From Burkholderiales bacterium (GTDB lineage Bacteria; Pseudomonadota; Gammaproteobacteria; Burkholderiales; Burkholderiaceae_C), in the NCBI GenBank assembly GCA_039930465.1, contig JBDTTU010000006.1, positions 6,317 to 70,316 on the forward strand: a stretch of 64,000 nucleotides of DNA, given 5' to 3'. The notes below the pieces were generated by a model. That model had not been told where the DNA came from. It made no database searches and saw nothing but the letters and a program-made list of their open reading frames with translations. This document shows, one piece after another, positions 52,697 through 62,780 of this stretch (positions are counted from its first letter, which is position 1; every line of letters starts with the position of its first letter). Made by a program: the position numbers and the translations under genes.

Positions 52697-53605
52697 TCAG
52701 GCGCTGCTCGCCTGCCCGAGCAACCAGGTGGCGAAGTCGTCGACCTCGGACTTGCGCGGGGTGGCGTCGGAGCGCACCAGGTAATAACCACGCGGTGAGG
52801 CCGCCGCCTTCTTGAACGGCGCCACCAGCTTGCGCTCACGCAGCAGGGTCTTCAGCAAGGGGTCGCGTCCGAGTGCCACGCCCTGGCCGGCGACGGCGGC
52901 GTTGATGAGCTGGTCGAACTGTGAGAAGTGCAACACGCTGGCCGGCTTCAAGCCCTCGAGGTTCATCGCACGCAGCCAGATCGGCCAGTCTTGCATGGCG
53001 GCACCCGGCCCCGAGTCGAGGTGCAGCAGCACGTGATGCGCCAGATCTTCGGGCTTCTTCAGCGGCCGCGCCGGGTCGCGCAGCAGCCGCGGGCTGCACA
53101 CCGGCAGCACCACTTCGCCGAACAGCAGCTCGGCACCGGGGCCGGCTTCCTCGGCCGCCTTGTAGCGGATGGCGAGGTCGACACCGTCGCGCTTCAAGTT
53201 CACGAGCGTGTAGCCAGCCGAGATGCGCACGTCAACCTCGGGGTGGGCCGCCGTGAAGTCGGCCAGGCGCGGGATCAGCCACAAGCCGGCAAACCCCGGC
53301 GTGGTGGTGACGACCACGGTCTTCGCCCGCCGCTCGCGGTTCAGCTCGGTGCCGACCTCGTGCAGGCGCGAAAGCACCTCGCCGACTGCGCGCTCCAGCG
53401 TGTGGCCGTCTTCGGTGAGCCGCAGCGCACGGTGCAGGCGGCGAAACAGGGGGAGGCCGTAGTGCTCTTCCAGCGCCGCGATCTGGCGGCTCACGGCCGA
53501 CTGCGTCAGCGCGAGTTCGTCGGCGGCCTTGGTGAAGCTCAGGTGGCGTGCCGCCGCCTCGAAGGCTTCGAGCTGGGCCAGCGGCGGGAGGTCGTAGTGG
53601 CGCAT
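52697..53605 (-). CDS. LysR family transcriptional regulator (GcvA-like)
   Basis: LPPLAQLEAFEAAARHLSFTKAADELALTQSAVSRQI, WLIPRL, AAVAGQGVAL. Confidence 0.92.
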   Translation of the reverse strand: MRHYDLPPLAQLEAFEAAARHLSFTKAADELALTQSAVSRQIAALEEHYGLPLFRRLHRALRLTEDGHTLERAVGEVLSRLHEVGTELNRERRAKTVVVTTTPGFAGLWLIPRLADFTAAHPEVDVRISAGYTLVNLKRDGVDLAIRYKAAEEAGPGAELLFGEVVLPVCSPRLLRDPARPLKKPEDLAHHVLLHLDSGPGAAMQDWPIWLRAMNLEGLKPASVLHFSQFDQLINAAVAGQGVALGRDPLLKTLLRERKLVAPFKKAAASPRGYYLVRSDATPRKSEVDDFATWLLGQASSA

Positions 53606-53636
53606 CGGCTTTCTTTCAGGCGAGCAGGGCTTTCAC

Positions 53637-53651
53637 ATTCCATTTTCGCAT
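53637..53651. promoter_or_regulatory. Putative LTTR recognition site
   Basis: ATTC-N7-GCAT containing T-N11-A, in the divergent LysR/DUF2917 intergenic region. Confidence 0.4.
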
Positions 53652-53780
53652 GCAAAGCATTCCAACATACCGTTTGAACAGGTGCAGGCCGGCGAGGACA
53701 CTCCCTTCACGTCTTCCCTGCAAGCGCTGCGCCGAACCGGCGCATTGCATGCACCGAGAGCATGTCAAAGGAGAACCCTG

Positions 53781-54032
53781 ATGAGTACCAACGACCTGAC
53801 CTTGTCTTCCACCCCGCTGCGCAAAGGTGAGATCCTGCGCCTGCACCACGCTTTGGGTCAGCGCATCGAAGCGCTCGGCGGCCGGGTCTGGGTCACGATG
53901 GACGGTGACCTGCGCGACATCGTGCTCGACGCCGGTGAGGGATTCACCGTCGACCGCAGCACCGACGTTCTGCTCAGCGCCATGAGCGACGCCCAGTTCG
54001 TGCTGCTGTTGCCGACCCCCGCGGCGGCCTGA
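53781..54032 (+). CDS. DUF2917-like small protein
   Basis: GRVWVTMDGDLRDIVLDAGEGF; 83 aa; AAGGAGA upstream; divergent from the LysR gene. Confidence 0.8.
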   Translation: MSTNDLTLSSTPLRKGEILRLHHALGQRIEALGGRVWVTMDGDLRDIVLDAGEGFTVDRSTDVLLSAMSDAQFVLLLPTPAAA

Positions 54033-54038
54033 CGCGGC

Positions 54039-54470
54039 TTATTGCAACGGGCCCTTGAGCGGCTCGGGCAGCGCCACGGCAACCACCTCGATGCCCTCTT
54101 CACGCAGCGCATTCGCGTCTTCCGGCGAGGCACGGCCGCGGATGCCGCGCTCTTCGGATTCACCGTAGTGGATTCGGCGCGCTTCTTCCGGAAACCGGTC
54201 GCCGACGTCTTCGGTGTTCTTCATCATGTGGCGCACGGCGCGCAGCCAGTGGGCCTGCATCTGCGCCGGAACCTGGGCCTCGGCAGGCAGCGCCTCTCGC
54301 TGCTTCGACACATTGAGCCGCGGCGCACTCGGCAGCCGGAAGATGCTGGCGTCGCTGCACATCGGGCAGCTCACGAGGCCACGCTCGCCTTGCGACTGAA
54401 AGTCGTCGTCCGACGCGAACCAGCCTTCGAAGCGGTGGTCGTTGCTGCAGCGCAGGTTCAAAACCTTCAT
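54039..54470 (-). CDS. DUF1178 family protein
   Basis: LRCSNDHRFEGWF, SCPMC, ENVG-like EDVGDRFPEEARRIHYGE, LREEGI. Confidence 0.88.
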   Translation of the reverse strand: MKVLNLRCSNDHRFEGWFASDDDFQSQGERGLVSCPMCSDASIFRLPSAPRLNVSKQREALPAEAQVPAQMQAHWLRAVRHMMKNTEDVGDRFPEEARRIHYGESEERGIRGRASPEDANALREEGIEVVAVALPEPLKGPLQ

Positions 54471-54477
54471 GGCCGCA

Positions 54478-55095
54478 TTATGGGCACGCCGACCCGGAGG
54501 GCGCGTCGTGCCACAGCAAAGGCCAGCGGCCGGCGCGCCAATTCTGCAACCATTGAAGGCCGATCAGGGTCTTGGCGTCGGTGAGTTCACCCTGCCGAGC
54601 CAGGTCGTCCAGTTGTGCTTCGCTGCACGCCAGCACGTCGAGAAATTCGCCAGCGTCGAGCTGGCGTGTGCCCAGGATCAGGCCACGTGCGAACCAGATC
54701 TCGATGCATTCGGTGGAATAGGCGATCGCGTTGTGCATGACACCGGCACGCGCCCACTCGGCAGCACGGTAGCCGGTCTCTTCGAAGAGTTCGCGCACGG
54801 CACACGCGAACGGCGCCTCGCCGGCCTCAAGCTTGCCGGCCGGGAATTCGAGCATCACCCTGGCCATCGGGTGGCGCCACTGGCGCTCGACCACGAGCCG
54901 GCCGTCGTCGAGCAGCGGCACGATCATCACGGCGCCGGGGTGGACGATGTATTCACGCCCGGCGGTACTGCCGTCGGGCAAACGCACTTGGTCACTCCGC
55001 ACTTCGAGGAAGTGCCCGCGATACACCTGCGCCGAGTGCAGCGGGTCTTCGCGCAGGTGGGCGTCGCGGGCGCCCTGTTGGTCGGGCACTGTCAC
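54478..55095 (-). CDS. NUDIX hydrolase (ADP-ribose pyrophosphatase-like)
   Basis: Complete Nudix box GKLEAGEAPFACAVRELFEETGY, REYIVHPGAV, DAKT. Start uncertain (GTG 55095 or 55089). Confidence 0.88.
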   Translation of the reverse strand: MTVPDQQGARDAHLREDPLHSAQVYRGHFLEVRSDQVRLPDGSTAGREYIVHPGAVMIVPLLDDGRLVVERQWRHPMARVMLEFPAGKLEAGEAPFACAVRELFEETGYRAAEWARAGVMHNAIAYSTECIEIWFARGLILGTRQLDAGEFLDVLACSEAQLDDLARQGELTDAKTLIGLQWLQNWRAGRWPLLWHDAPSGSACP

Positions 55096-55100
55096 CGCGC

Positions 55101-56582
55101 TCAGGTCGTCAGCGCTTTGACCAGCGCATCGCCGCACAGCGCCATCAGGCCACCCGGCAGCAGGCCGAAGAGCAGCACGGCCGCACCATTGAGCGAGAGC
55201 ACGGCACGCACATCACCGGTACTGACAATGGGCCGCAGATCAGCTGGCTCTTCGAAAAACATGACCTTGACGATGCGCAGGTAGTAGTAGGCCCCGACCA
55301 GCGACAGCACGACCGCCGCGACCGCAAGCCAGATGTAGCCGGTGCTGTTGGTCGAGATCAGCGACTGCAGCACCGACAGCTTGGCGTAGAACCCCACGGT
55401 CGGCGGCAGGCCGGCGAGCGAGAACATGAACACCGCCATCACCCCGGCGAACCAGGGGCTGCGCTTGGCCAGGCCGGCGAGGTCGCTCACCTCTTCCGAT
55501 TCGAAACCCTGGCGCGACAGCAGCATGATCATGCCGAAGGTGCCGAGCGTGGTGAGCACGTAGGTGACGATGTAGAACATCGACGATGCATAGGAATTGC
55601 CGGCCGAAACAGTGTTGCCGTAGACCACGCCAGAGCACAGGCCGAGCAGCATGAAACCCATCTGCGCGATGCTCGAGTAAGCCAGCATGCGCTTGAGGTT
55701 GCTCTGCGCGATGGCGACCACGTTGCCGAGCAACATCGAGCCGAACGACAGCACCACCAGCATCGGCTGCCAGTCGACCGCGAGGCCGAGCATGCCTTCG
55801 ACCAGCAGGCGGATCGTGATCGCGAACGCTGCCAGCTTCGGCGCCGCACCGATCAGCAGCGTGACCGCGGTCGGCGCGCCCTGGTAGACGTCGGGCACCC
55901 ACATGTGGAACGGTACCGCGCCGAGCTTGAAGGCCAGGCCGGCGACGACGAACACTTCGCCAAGGATCAGCACCTGCTTGTTGATCTGGCCGGTGCCGAT
56001 GGCCTTGAACACTTCGCTGATCTCGAGCGAGCCGGTGGCGCCATACATCATCGACAGGCCGTAAAGCAGGAAGCCGCTGGCCAGCGCGCCGAGCACGAAA
56101 TACTTCATGGCCGCTTCGGTCGCGTCGGCATGGTCACGGCGCATTGCGACCAGCGCATACAGGCTCAGCGTCATCAGCTCGAGGCCGAGGTAGACGACGA
56201 GGAAGTTGTTGGCCGAGAGCATCACGCAGATGCCGAGCAGCGAGAACAGGCTGAGCGTGAACAACTCGCCCTTGAGCATGTCGCGCGGGCCGGCGTAGGG
56301 GCGCGCGTAAACGAGCGAGATCATCACGGCCACGGTGGCGAAGAAGCCGAGCAGGTGGCCCATCGGGTCGGCCACGACCATGCGCTGCATCGCGTAGACG
56401 GTGTCGCCGGTGTTGAAGGCACCAAGCTGCATGGCAGCCACTACGGCCAGCGAGGCCTGCGTGAGCCAGTAGGTGGTGCTGCGGCGCGGGTCGGTGACCC
56501 ACAGGTCGACCATCGCGACCACGCAGGCCATCACCAGCAACACGATTTCCGGGTAGACGGACGACCAGTTCATCTGGGTCAT
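55101..56582 (-). CDS. nuoN: NADH-quinone oxidoreductase subunit N
   Basis: EAAMKYFVLG, FKLGAVPFHMWVPDVYQGAP, KRMLAYSSIA. Confidence 0.97.
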   Translation of the reverse strand: MTQMNWSSVYPEIVLLVMACVVAMVDLWVTDPRRSTTYWLTQASLAVVAAMQLGAFNTGDTVYAMQRMVVADPMGHLLGFFATVAVMISLVYARPYAGPRDMLKGELFTLSLFSLLGICVMLSANNFLVVYLGLELMTLSLYALVAMRRDHADATEAAMKYFVLGALASGFLLYGLSMMYGATGSLEISEVFKAIGTGQINKQVLILGEVFVVAGLAFKLGAVPFHMWVPDVYQGAPTAVTLLIGAAPKLAAFAITIRLLVEGMLGLAVDWQPMLVVLSFGSMLLGNVVAIAQSNLKRMLAYSSIAQMGFMLLGLCSGVVYGNTVSAGNSYASSMFYIVTYVLTTLGTFGMIMLLSRQGFESEEVSDLAGLAKRSPWFAGVMAVFMFSLAGLPPTVGFYAKLSVLQSLISTNSTGYIWLAVAAVVLSLVGAYYYLRIVKVMFFEEPADLRPIVSTGDVRAVLSLNGAAVLLFGLLPGGLMALCGDALVKALTT

Positions 56583-56612
56583 GGTTTTGTTCTCATGGCG
56601 TCAATCACCCTT

Positions 56613-58091
56613 TCAACTGCCGAGCTTGCTGACGGCCACGTGCTTCAGCAGCTCGGTCACCGAGACCTGCATCACGTCGGTGAAAGGCTTCGGGTACAGG
56701 CCCATCCACAGCACGGCGATGGCCAGCACCGCCAGCATCGCGAACTCGCGCGAGTCGAGATCGGAAAGCGTGCGCACGTGGTCGTTGGCAACCTCCCCGA
56801 AGTAGACCCGCTTGACCATCCACAGCGTGTAGGCCGCACCGAAGATCAATGCCGTCGCGGCAACGGCGCCGAGCCAGAAGTTGAACTTCACCGCGCCGAG
56901 AATGACCATCCACTCGCCGACAAAACCGGCCGTGCCCGGCAGGCCGCAGTTGGCCATCGCGAACAGCACCGCGAAAGCCGCGAATTTCGGCATCGTGTTG
57001 GCCACACCGCCATAGGCTGAGATCTCACGCGAATGAACGCGGTCGTACAACACGCCGATGCACAGGAACATCGCGCCCGAAACAAAGCCGTGCGACACCA
57101 TCTGCACGATGCCGCCGGCCATGCCGAGTTCGTTGAAGATGAAGAAGCCGAAGGTCACGAAGCCCATGTGGGCGATCGAGGAATACGCCACCAGCTTCTT
57201 CATGTCTTGCTGCACCAGCGCGACGAATCCGATGTAGACGACCGCGATCAGCGACAGCAGGATCATGAACCAGGCCCACTGGTGGCTCGCATCGGGCGTG
57301 ATCGGCAGCGAGAAGCGCAGGAAACCGTAGGCGCCGAGCTTGAGCATGATCGCTGCCAGCACCACCGAGCCGCCGGTGGGCGCTTCGACGTGGGCGTCGG
57401 GCAACCAGGTGTGCACCGGCCACATCGGCACCTTCACGGCGAAGGCAAGGAAAAACGCGAAGAACAGCAAGGTCTGTACCGGCCCGGCCAGCGGCAGCTT
57501 GTGCCAGGTGAGGATGTCGAAGCTGCCACCCGACTTGTAGTACAGGTAGATCAGTGCGACCAGCATCAAGAGCGAGCCGGCCAGTGTGTAGAGGAAGAAC
57601 TTGAACGCCGCGTAGACGCGCCGCGGGCCGCCCCACACGCCGATGATCAGGTACATCGGGATCAGCGTGGCTTCGAAGAACACGTAGAAGAGCAGGCCGT
57701 CGAGCGCGCTGAACACACCGACCATCAAACCCGACAGGATCAGGAACGCGCCCATGTACTGGTGCACGCGGTCGGTGATCACTTCCCACGCGGCGATCAC
57801 GACGATGACCGTGATGAACGCCGTGAGCGGCACGAACCACATCGATAGACCGTCGACGCCGAGGTGGTAATGCACGTTGAAGCGTGCAATCCAGTCGAGC
57901 TTTTCCTGGAATTGCATGGCCGCCGTCGTCTTGTCGAAACCACCGATGAGCGGCAACGTGACCAGCAGGCTCGCGAACGCAGCGACCAGCGCCACCCAGC
58001 GCGCCGTGCCGGCTTGTTCGTCACGGCCGAGCGCGAGCAAGACCACGCCCGACAGAATTGGCAGCCAGATGGCGAGGCTCAACAGACCCAT
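56613..58091 (-). CDS. nuoM: NADH-quinone oxidoreductase subunit M
   Basis: FAVKVPMWPVHTWLPDAHVEAPTGGS, KKLVAYSSIAHMG. Start ATG 58091. Confidence 0.97.
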   Translation of the reverse strand: MGLLSLAIWLPILSGVVLLALGRDEQAGTARWVALVAAFASLLVTLPLIGGFDKTTAAMQFQEKLDWIARFNVHYHLGVDGLSMWFVPLTAFITVIVVIAAWEVITDRVHQYMGAFLILSGLMVGVFSALDGLLFYVFFEATLIPMYLIIGVWGGPRRVYAAFKFFLYTLAGSLLMLVALIYLYYKSGGSFDILTWHKLPLAGPVQTLLFFAFFLAFAVKVPMWPVHTWLPDAHVEAPTGGSVVLAAIMLKLGAYGFLRFSLPITPDASHQWAWFMILLSLIAVVYIGFVALVQQDMKKLVAYSSIAHMGFVTFGFFIFNELGMAGGIVQMVSHGFVSGAMFLCIGVLYDRVHSREISAYGGVANTMPKFAAFAVLFAMANCGLPGTAGFVGEWMVILGAVKFNFWLGAVAATALIFGAAYTLWMVKRVYFGEVANDHVRTLSDLDSREFAMLAVLAIAVLWMGLYPKPFTDVMQVSVTELLKHVAVSKLGS

Positions 58092-58129
58092 GTTCTTTTT
58101 CTCCGTGCTCGCACTTACAAACGAGCCAT

Positions 58130-60154
58130 TCAGCGGCTGAGGTGGCTCATCAGGAACGGCCACAACTGCCAGGTCATCAGGCCGATGACACCCATGATCA
58201 TCACCAGCGCGTACCAGTAGAGGTAGCCGGTCTGCAGCGTGCGGCCGAGCGCGGCGAGGTTGCCCATGGCACGCGCAGAGCCGTTGATGGCACCGTCGAT
58301 CACGGCTTCGTCGCCGCCTTTCCACAAGCCCGTGCCGGCCAGGCGCGCGGCGCGTGCCAGCACGTTTTCGTTGAACCAGTCGAGGTAGTACTTGTTCTCG
58401 AGCACGCGGTTGACGAAGCCGAGACGTGCCTTGATGGCGGTTGGCCACTCGGGCTTGATCATGTAGAAAACGTACGAAACAACGACACCGGCCAGGGCGA
58501 ACCAGAACGGCATCGAGCTCAGTGCATGTAACGCCATCGCGCCCGCACCGTGGAACTCTTCAGCCAGCTTCTCCATCGCGTGGTGTGCTTCGGGGTTGAC
58601 GAAGATCGAGTCCTTGAAGAAGTCGCCGAACAGCATCGGGCCGATCGTCAGGTAGCCGATCACGACCGAGGGGATCGCCAGCGCGATCAGCGGGAAGGTC
58701 ACGACCCAGGGCGACTCGTGCGGAACATGCGGCTCGTGATGGCCGTGCTCGTCATGGTGATCGTGCTCGCCCGGGAACGGCTTGTGGCGGAAATTTTCCT
58801 TGCCGTGGAACACCAGAAAGTACATCCGGAACGAGTAGAGCGCGGTGACGAACACACCGGCCAGCACCGAAAAGTAGGCGAAGCCGGAGCCCCACAAGTG
58901 GCTCTCGTGCACCGCTTCGATGATGCTGTCTTTCGAATAGAAGCCGGCGAACAGCGGCGTGCCGATCAGCGCGAGCGAACCCATCAGTGCGGTGATCCAG
59001 GTGATCGGCATGTACTTGCGCAGGCCGCCCATGTTGCGGATGTCCTGGTCGTGGTGCATGCCGATGATCACCGAGCCGGCGGCCAGGAACAGCAGCGCCT
59101 TGAAGAAGGCGTGCGTCATCAGGTGGAACACCGCCACCGAATAGGCCGAGGCGCCGAGCGCAACCGTCATGTAACCGAGCTGGCTGAGCGTGGAGTACGC
59201 CACCACGCGCTTGATGTCGTTCTGGATGATGCCGAGGAAGCCCATGAACAGCGCCGTGATCGCGCCGATCACCATCACGAAACTCAGGGCCGTGTCAGAC
59301 AGCTCGAACAGCGGCGACATGCGCGCCACCATGAAGATGCCGGCCGTGACCATCGTGGCCGCGTGGATCAGTGCCGAAATCGGCGTCGGGCCTTCCATCG
59401 AGTCGGGCAACCACACGTGCAGCGGGAACTGCGCGCTCTTGCCCATTGCGCCGATGAAGAGGCAGATGCAGGTCACGGTGATCAGCATCCACTCGGTGCC
59501 GGGGAACACCAGCTTCGCGAGTTCAGGGCCCTTGGCGAAGGCCTCGCCGTAGTTCAGCGTGCCGGCGTAGGCCACAACCAGGCCGATGCCGAGAATGAAC
59601 CCGAAGTCACCGACCCGGTTGACCAGAAAGGCCTTCATGTTCGCGAATATCGCGCTCGGCTTGGTGAACCAGAAGCCGATCAGAAGGTACGAGACCAGGC
59701 CCACCGCTTCCCAGCCGAAGAACAGCTGCAGGAAGTTGTTGCTCATCACGAGCATCAGCATCGAGAACGTGAACAGCGCGATGTAGCTGAAGAAACGCTG
59801 GTAGCCGGGGTCTTCCTCCATGTAGCCGATGGTGAAGATGTGGACCATCAGCGACACGAAGGTCACCACGCACATCATCATCGCCGTGAGGCCGTCGACG
59901 AGAAAACCGACCTCCATCTTCAGGCCGCCGAGCACCATCCACTCATAGATGGTGGCGTTGAAGCGCGCGCCGTCGATCGCGACCGCCTTCAGCGTCATGG
60001 CCGAGATGATGAAGGCGACCAGCACGCCGAGGATCGTGACGGTGTGGGCGCCGCGCCTTCCGATGGTCTTGCCGAACAGGCCGGCCGCGATGGCGCCCAC
60101 CAGGGGCGCGAGCGGTACCGCGAGCAGCAGGTTTTGGGAGAGTTGTGCTGACAT
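58130..60154 (-). CDS. nuoL: NADH-quinone oxidoreductase subunit L
   Basis: GKSAQFPLHVWLPDSMEGPTPISALIHAATMVTAG. Start ATG 60154. Confidence 0.97.
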   Translation of the reverse strand: MSAQLSQNLLLAVPLAPLVGAIAAGLFGKTIGRRGAHTVTILGVLVAFIISAMTLKAVAIDGARFNATIYEWMVLGGLKMEVGFLVDGLTAMMMCVVTFVSLMVHIFTIGYMEEDPGYQRFFSYIALFTFSMLMLVMSNNFLQLFFGWEAVGLVSYLLIGFWFTKPSAIFANMKAFLVNRVGDFGFILGIGLVVAYAGTLNYGEAFAKGPELAKLVFPGTEWMLITVTCICLFIGAMGKSAQFPLHVWLPDSMEGPTPISALIHAATMVTAGIFMVARMSPLFELSDTALSFVMVIGAITALFMGFLGIIQNDIKRVVAYSTLSQLGYMTVALGASAYSVAVFHLMTHAFFKALLFLAAGSVIIGMHHDQDIRNMGGLRKYMPITWITALMGSLALIGTPLFAGFYSKDSIIEAVHESHLWGSGFAYFSVLAGVFVTALYSFRMYFLVFHGKENFRHKPFPGEHDHHDEHGHHEPHVPHESPWVVTFPLIALAIPSVVIGYLTIGPMLFGDFFKDSIFVNPEAHHAMEKLAEEFHGAGAMALHALSSMPFWFALAGVVVSYVFYMIKPEWPTAIKARLGFVNRVLENKYYLDWFNENVLARAARLAGTGLWKGGDEAVIDGAINGSARAMGNLAALGRTLQTGYLYWYALVMIMGVIGLMTWQLWPFLMSHLSR

Positions 60155-60162
60155 GGCTTTGA

Positions 60163-60480
60163 TCAACCCTTCAGCGCGTCGAGCTCGTCGACATTGATGG
60201 TCGCGCGGTTGCGGAACAGCACCACGAGAATCGCCAGGCCGATGGCCGACTCGGCCGCCGCGACCGTGAGGATGAAGAACACGAAGACCTGCCCCGCCAT
60301 GTCACCCAGGTAGTGCGAGAACGCGACGAAATTCAGGTTCACGGCAAGCAGCATCAATTCGATCGCCATCAGCAGCACGATCAGGTTCTTGCGGTTCAGG
60401 AAGATGCCGATCACCGACAGCGCGAACAGGATCGCGCCGAGCGTGAGGTAGTGGCCGAGCGTGACGGAAGCGACTGTCAT
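60163..60480 (-). CDS. nuoK: NADH-quinone oxidoreductase subunit K
   Basis: [20 protein letters not shown]. Confidence 0.97.
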   Translation of the reverse strand: MTVASVTLGHYLTLGAILFALSVIGIFLNRKNLIVLLMAIELMLLAVNLNFVAFSHYLGDMAGQVFVFFILTVAAAESAIGLAILVVLFRNRATINVDELDALKG

Positions 60481-61130
60481 TTCTTTTCCCCCGCTGGTGC
60501 GGCCACGGCCGCCGCTGGCACAGCCGGCGGAGCTTCGACTTCGGGTTTCATTTGCACGATGCGCACCCGGTCGGCCGCCCGCACCCGCACCTGGTCGGAC
60601 GGATTCTGGTACTTCGAGTCCTTGCGCTGGCGCAGCGTGAGTGCAATGGCCGCGATGATGGCCACGAGCAGCAGCACGGCCGCAATCTGCAGCGGGTACA
60701 GATACTGGGTGTAGACCTCGATGCCCAGCAGCTTGGTGTTGCCCGCCTTCAACGCGAGCGCGCTGGCGGCGGGCGCGTCGGTCAGGCTAAAGCCCGGCAG
60801 CAACACGGCGGCCATTTCGAGCGCGATCACCACGCCGACGAGTGCCGCCACTGGAAAGTGCTTCCAGAAACCTTCGCGCAACGCTTCAGAACCCACGTCG
60901 AGCATCATCACGACGAACAGGAACAGCACCATCACGGCGCCCACGTAAACAAGCACCAGCGCGATCGCCAGGAACTCGGCCTGCAGCAGCATCCACACGC
61001 AGGCCGCGTTAAAAAATGCGAGCACCAGAAACAGCGCCGCATAGACCGGGCTGCGAGCCGTGATCACGCGGAACGCGGCAAATAGCAGCACGACCGAAAA
61101 AACGTAGAAGAGCGCGGTGTTCATGTCCAT
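60477..61130 (-). CDS. nuoJ: NADH-quinone oxidoreductase subunit J
   Basis: [27 protein letters not shown]. Start ATG 61130 or 61124. Confidence 0.95.
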   Translation of the reverse strand: MDMNTALFYVFSVVLLFAAFRVITARSPVYAALFLVLAFFNAACVWMLLQAEFLAIALVLVYVGAVMVLFLFVVMMLDVGSEALREGFWKHFPVAALVGVVIALEMAAVLLPGFSLTDAPAASALALKAGNTKLLGIEVYTQYLYPLQIAAVLLLVAIIAAIALTLRQRKDSKYQNPSDQVRVRAADRVRIVQMKPEVEAPPAVPAAAVAAPAGEKK

Positions 61131-61184
61131 GTTGTTCTTGCGCGAAGGGTTTGCCCTCGCGGCCAACGCGCCAAGCGGTGAAGC

Positions 61185-61703
61185 TCAGCGGTATTTGGCG
61201 TCCGCCTCCTTGGCTTTGGCGATTTCGCCCTCGTAGCGGTCACCCACGGCGAGCAGCATGTCCTTCGTGAAATACAGGTCGCCGCGCTTTTCGCCGTGGT
61301 ATTCGAAGATGTGGGTCTCGACGATCGAATCGACCGGGCAGCTCTCTTCGCAGAAGCCGCAGAAGATGCACTTGGTCAAGTCGATGTCGTAGCGCGTGGT
61401 GCGGCGCGATCCGTCGTCGCGCACTTCACTTTCGATCGTGATCGCCAGCGCCGGGCAGACCGCTTCGCAGAGCTTGCAGGCAATGCAGCGCTCTTCGCCG
61501 TTTTCATAGCGGCGCAGCGCGTGCAGGCCACGAAAGCGTGGTGACAGTGGGGTTTTTTCTTCCGGGAACTGCACCGTGATCTTGCGTGACCAGAAGTGGC
61601 GCCCGGTCAGGGCCATGCCCTTGAACAGCTCGCCGAGCAGGAAGCTCGAGAAGAAGTCTTTGACGGGGGTGCGCGTCGATACAGAGGCAGATGCAGTGGC
61701 CAT
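61185..61703 (-). CDS. nuoI: NADH-quinone oxidoreductase subunit I
   Basis: Two 4Fe-4S motifs, [12 protein letters not shown] and [12 protein letters not shown]. Start ATG 61703. Confidence 0.97.
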   Translation of the reverse strand: MATASASVSTRTPVKDFFSSFLLGELFKGMALTGRHFWSRKITVQFPEEKTPLSPRFRGLHALRRYENGEERCIACKLCEAVCPALAITIESEVRDDGSRRTTRYDIDLTKCIFCGFCEESCPVDSIVETHIFEYHGEKRGDLYFTKDMLLAVGDRYEGEIAKAKEADAKYR

Positions 61704-61714
61704 GATTGCGCCCT

Positions 61715-62779
61715 TCACTTCCAGATGTTCCAGGGGGACTGGATCCACAGCCCCACGACCACCAGCCACACGAGCGTGATGGGGATGAAGATCTTCCAGC
61801 CCAGACGCATGATCTGGTCGTAGCGGAAGCGCGGGAAGCTCGCACGCACCCACAGGAAGATCGTCACGACGACGAAGGTCTTCGCGCCCATCCAGATCCA
61901 GCCCGGAACCCAGTTGAACAAGGCGCTGTCGATCGGGGGCAACCAGCCGCCGAGGAACATGACGACGGTCAGCGTGCTGATCAGGATCATGTTCGCGTAT
62001 TCGGCGAGGAAGAACATCGCGAACGCCATGCCCGAGTACTCGACCATGTGGCCGGCGACGATCTCCGACTCGCCCTCGACGACGTCGAACGGCGCGCGGT
62101 TGGTCTCGGCGATGCCGGAGATGACGTAGACGACGAAGATCGGCAGCAGGGGCAGCCAGTTCCAGCTCAGGAAATTGACGCCGTGCGAAGCCGCGAAGCC
62201 GCGTCCCTGGCTCTGGACGATGTCGGTCATGTTGAGGCTCGCGGACACCATGAGCACGACGACGAGCGCGAAGCCCATCGCGATCTCGTAGCTCACCATC
62301 TGCGCCGCGGCGCGCATCGCGCCGAGGAAGGCGTACTTCGAATTCGAGGCCCAGCCGGCGATGATCACGCCGTAGACCTCCATCGAGGTGATCGCCATCA
62401 GGAACAGCAGGCCGGCATTCACGTTGGCCAGCGCCACTTCGGGGCCGAAGGGCACGACCGCCCAGGCGGCAAGCGCCGGCATGATCGTCATCACCGGGCC
62501 GAGGAAGAACAGGCTCTTGTTGGCCGCCGTGGGGACGATGATTTCCTTGAACAGCAGCTTCACGGCATCGGCGATCGGCTGCAGCAGGCCGAACGGCCCG
62601 ACCCGGTTCGGGCCGGGGCGGATCTGGCTCCAGCCGATGGCCTTGCGTTCCCAGAGCGTGAGGTAGGCCACGCTGAGCATCAGCGGGATGATCAGCGCGA
62701 CGATCTTGATCACGGTCCAGATCACGGGCCAGAAGCCGCCGAACCAGGCGCTGCCTTGCGAAGTGATGGTGTCCAGCAT
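61715..62779 (-). CDS. nuoH: NADH-quinone oxidoreductase subunit H
   Basis: [36 protein letters not shown]. Start ATG 62779. Confidence 0.97.
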   Translation of the reverse strand: MLDTITSQGSAWFGGFWPVIWTVIKIVALIIPLMLSVAYLTLWERKAIGWSQIRPGPNRVGPFGLLQPIADAVKLLFKEIIVPTAANKSLFFLGPVMTIMPALAAWAVVPFGPEVALANVNAGLLFLMAITSMEVYGVIIAGWASNSKYAFLGAMRAAAQMVSYEIAMGFALVVVLMVSASLNMTDIVQSQGRGFAASHGVNFLSWNWLPLLPIFVVYVISGIAETNRAPFDVVEGESEIVAGHMVEYSGMAFAMFFLAEYANMILISTLTVVMFLGGWLPPIDSALFNWVPGWIWMGAKTFVVVTIFLWVRASFPRFRYDQIMRLGWKIFIPITLVWLVVVGLWIQSPWNIWK

Positions 62780-62780
62780 G

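Noticed and set aside
58730-58800. His-rich insert in NuoL (GEHDHHDEHGHHEPHVPH)
   Set aside because: His-rich loops at this position are a familiar feature of proteobacterial NuoL.
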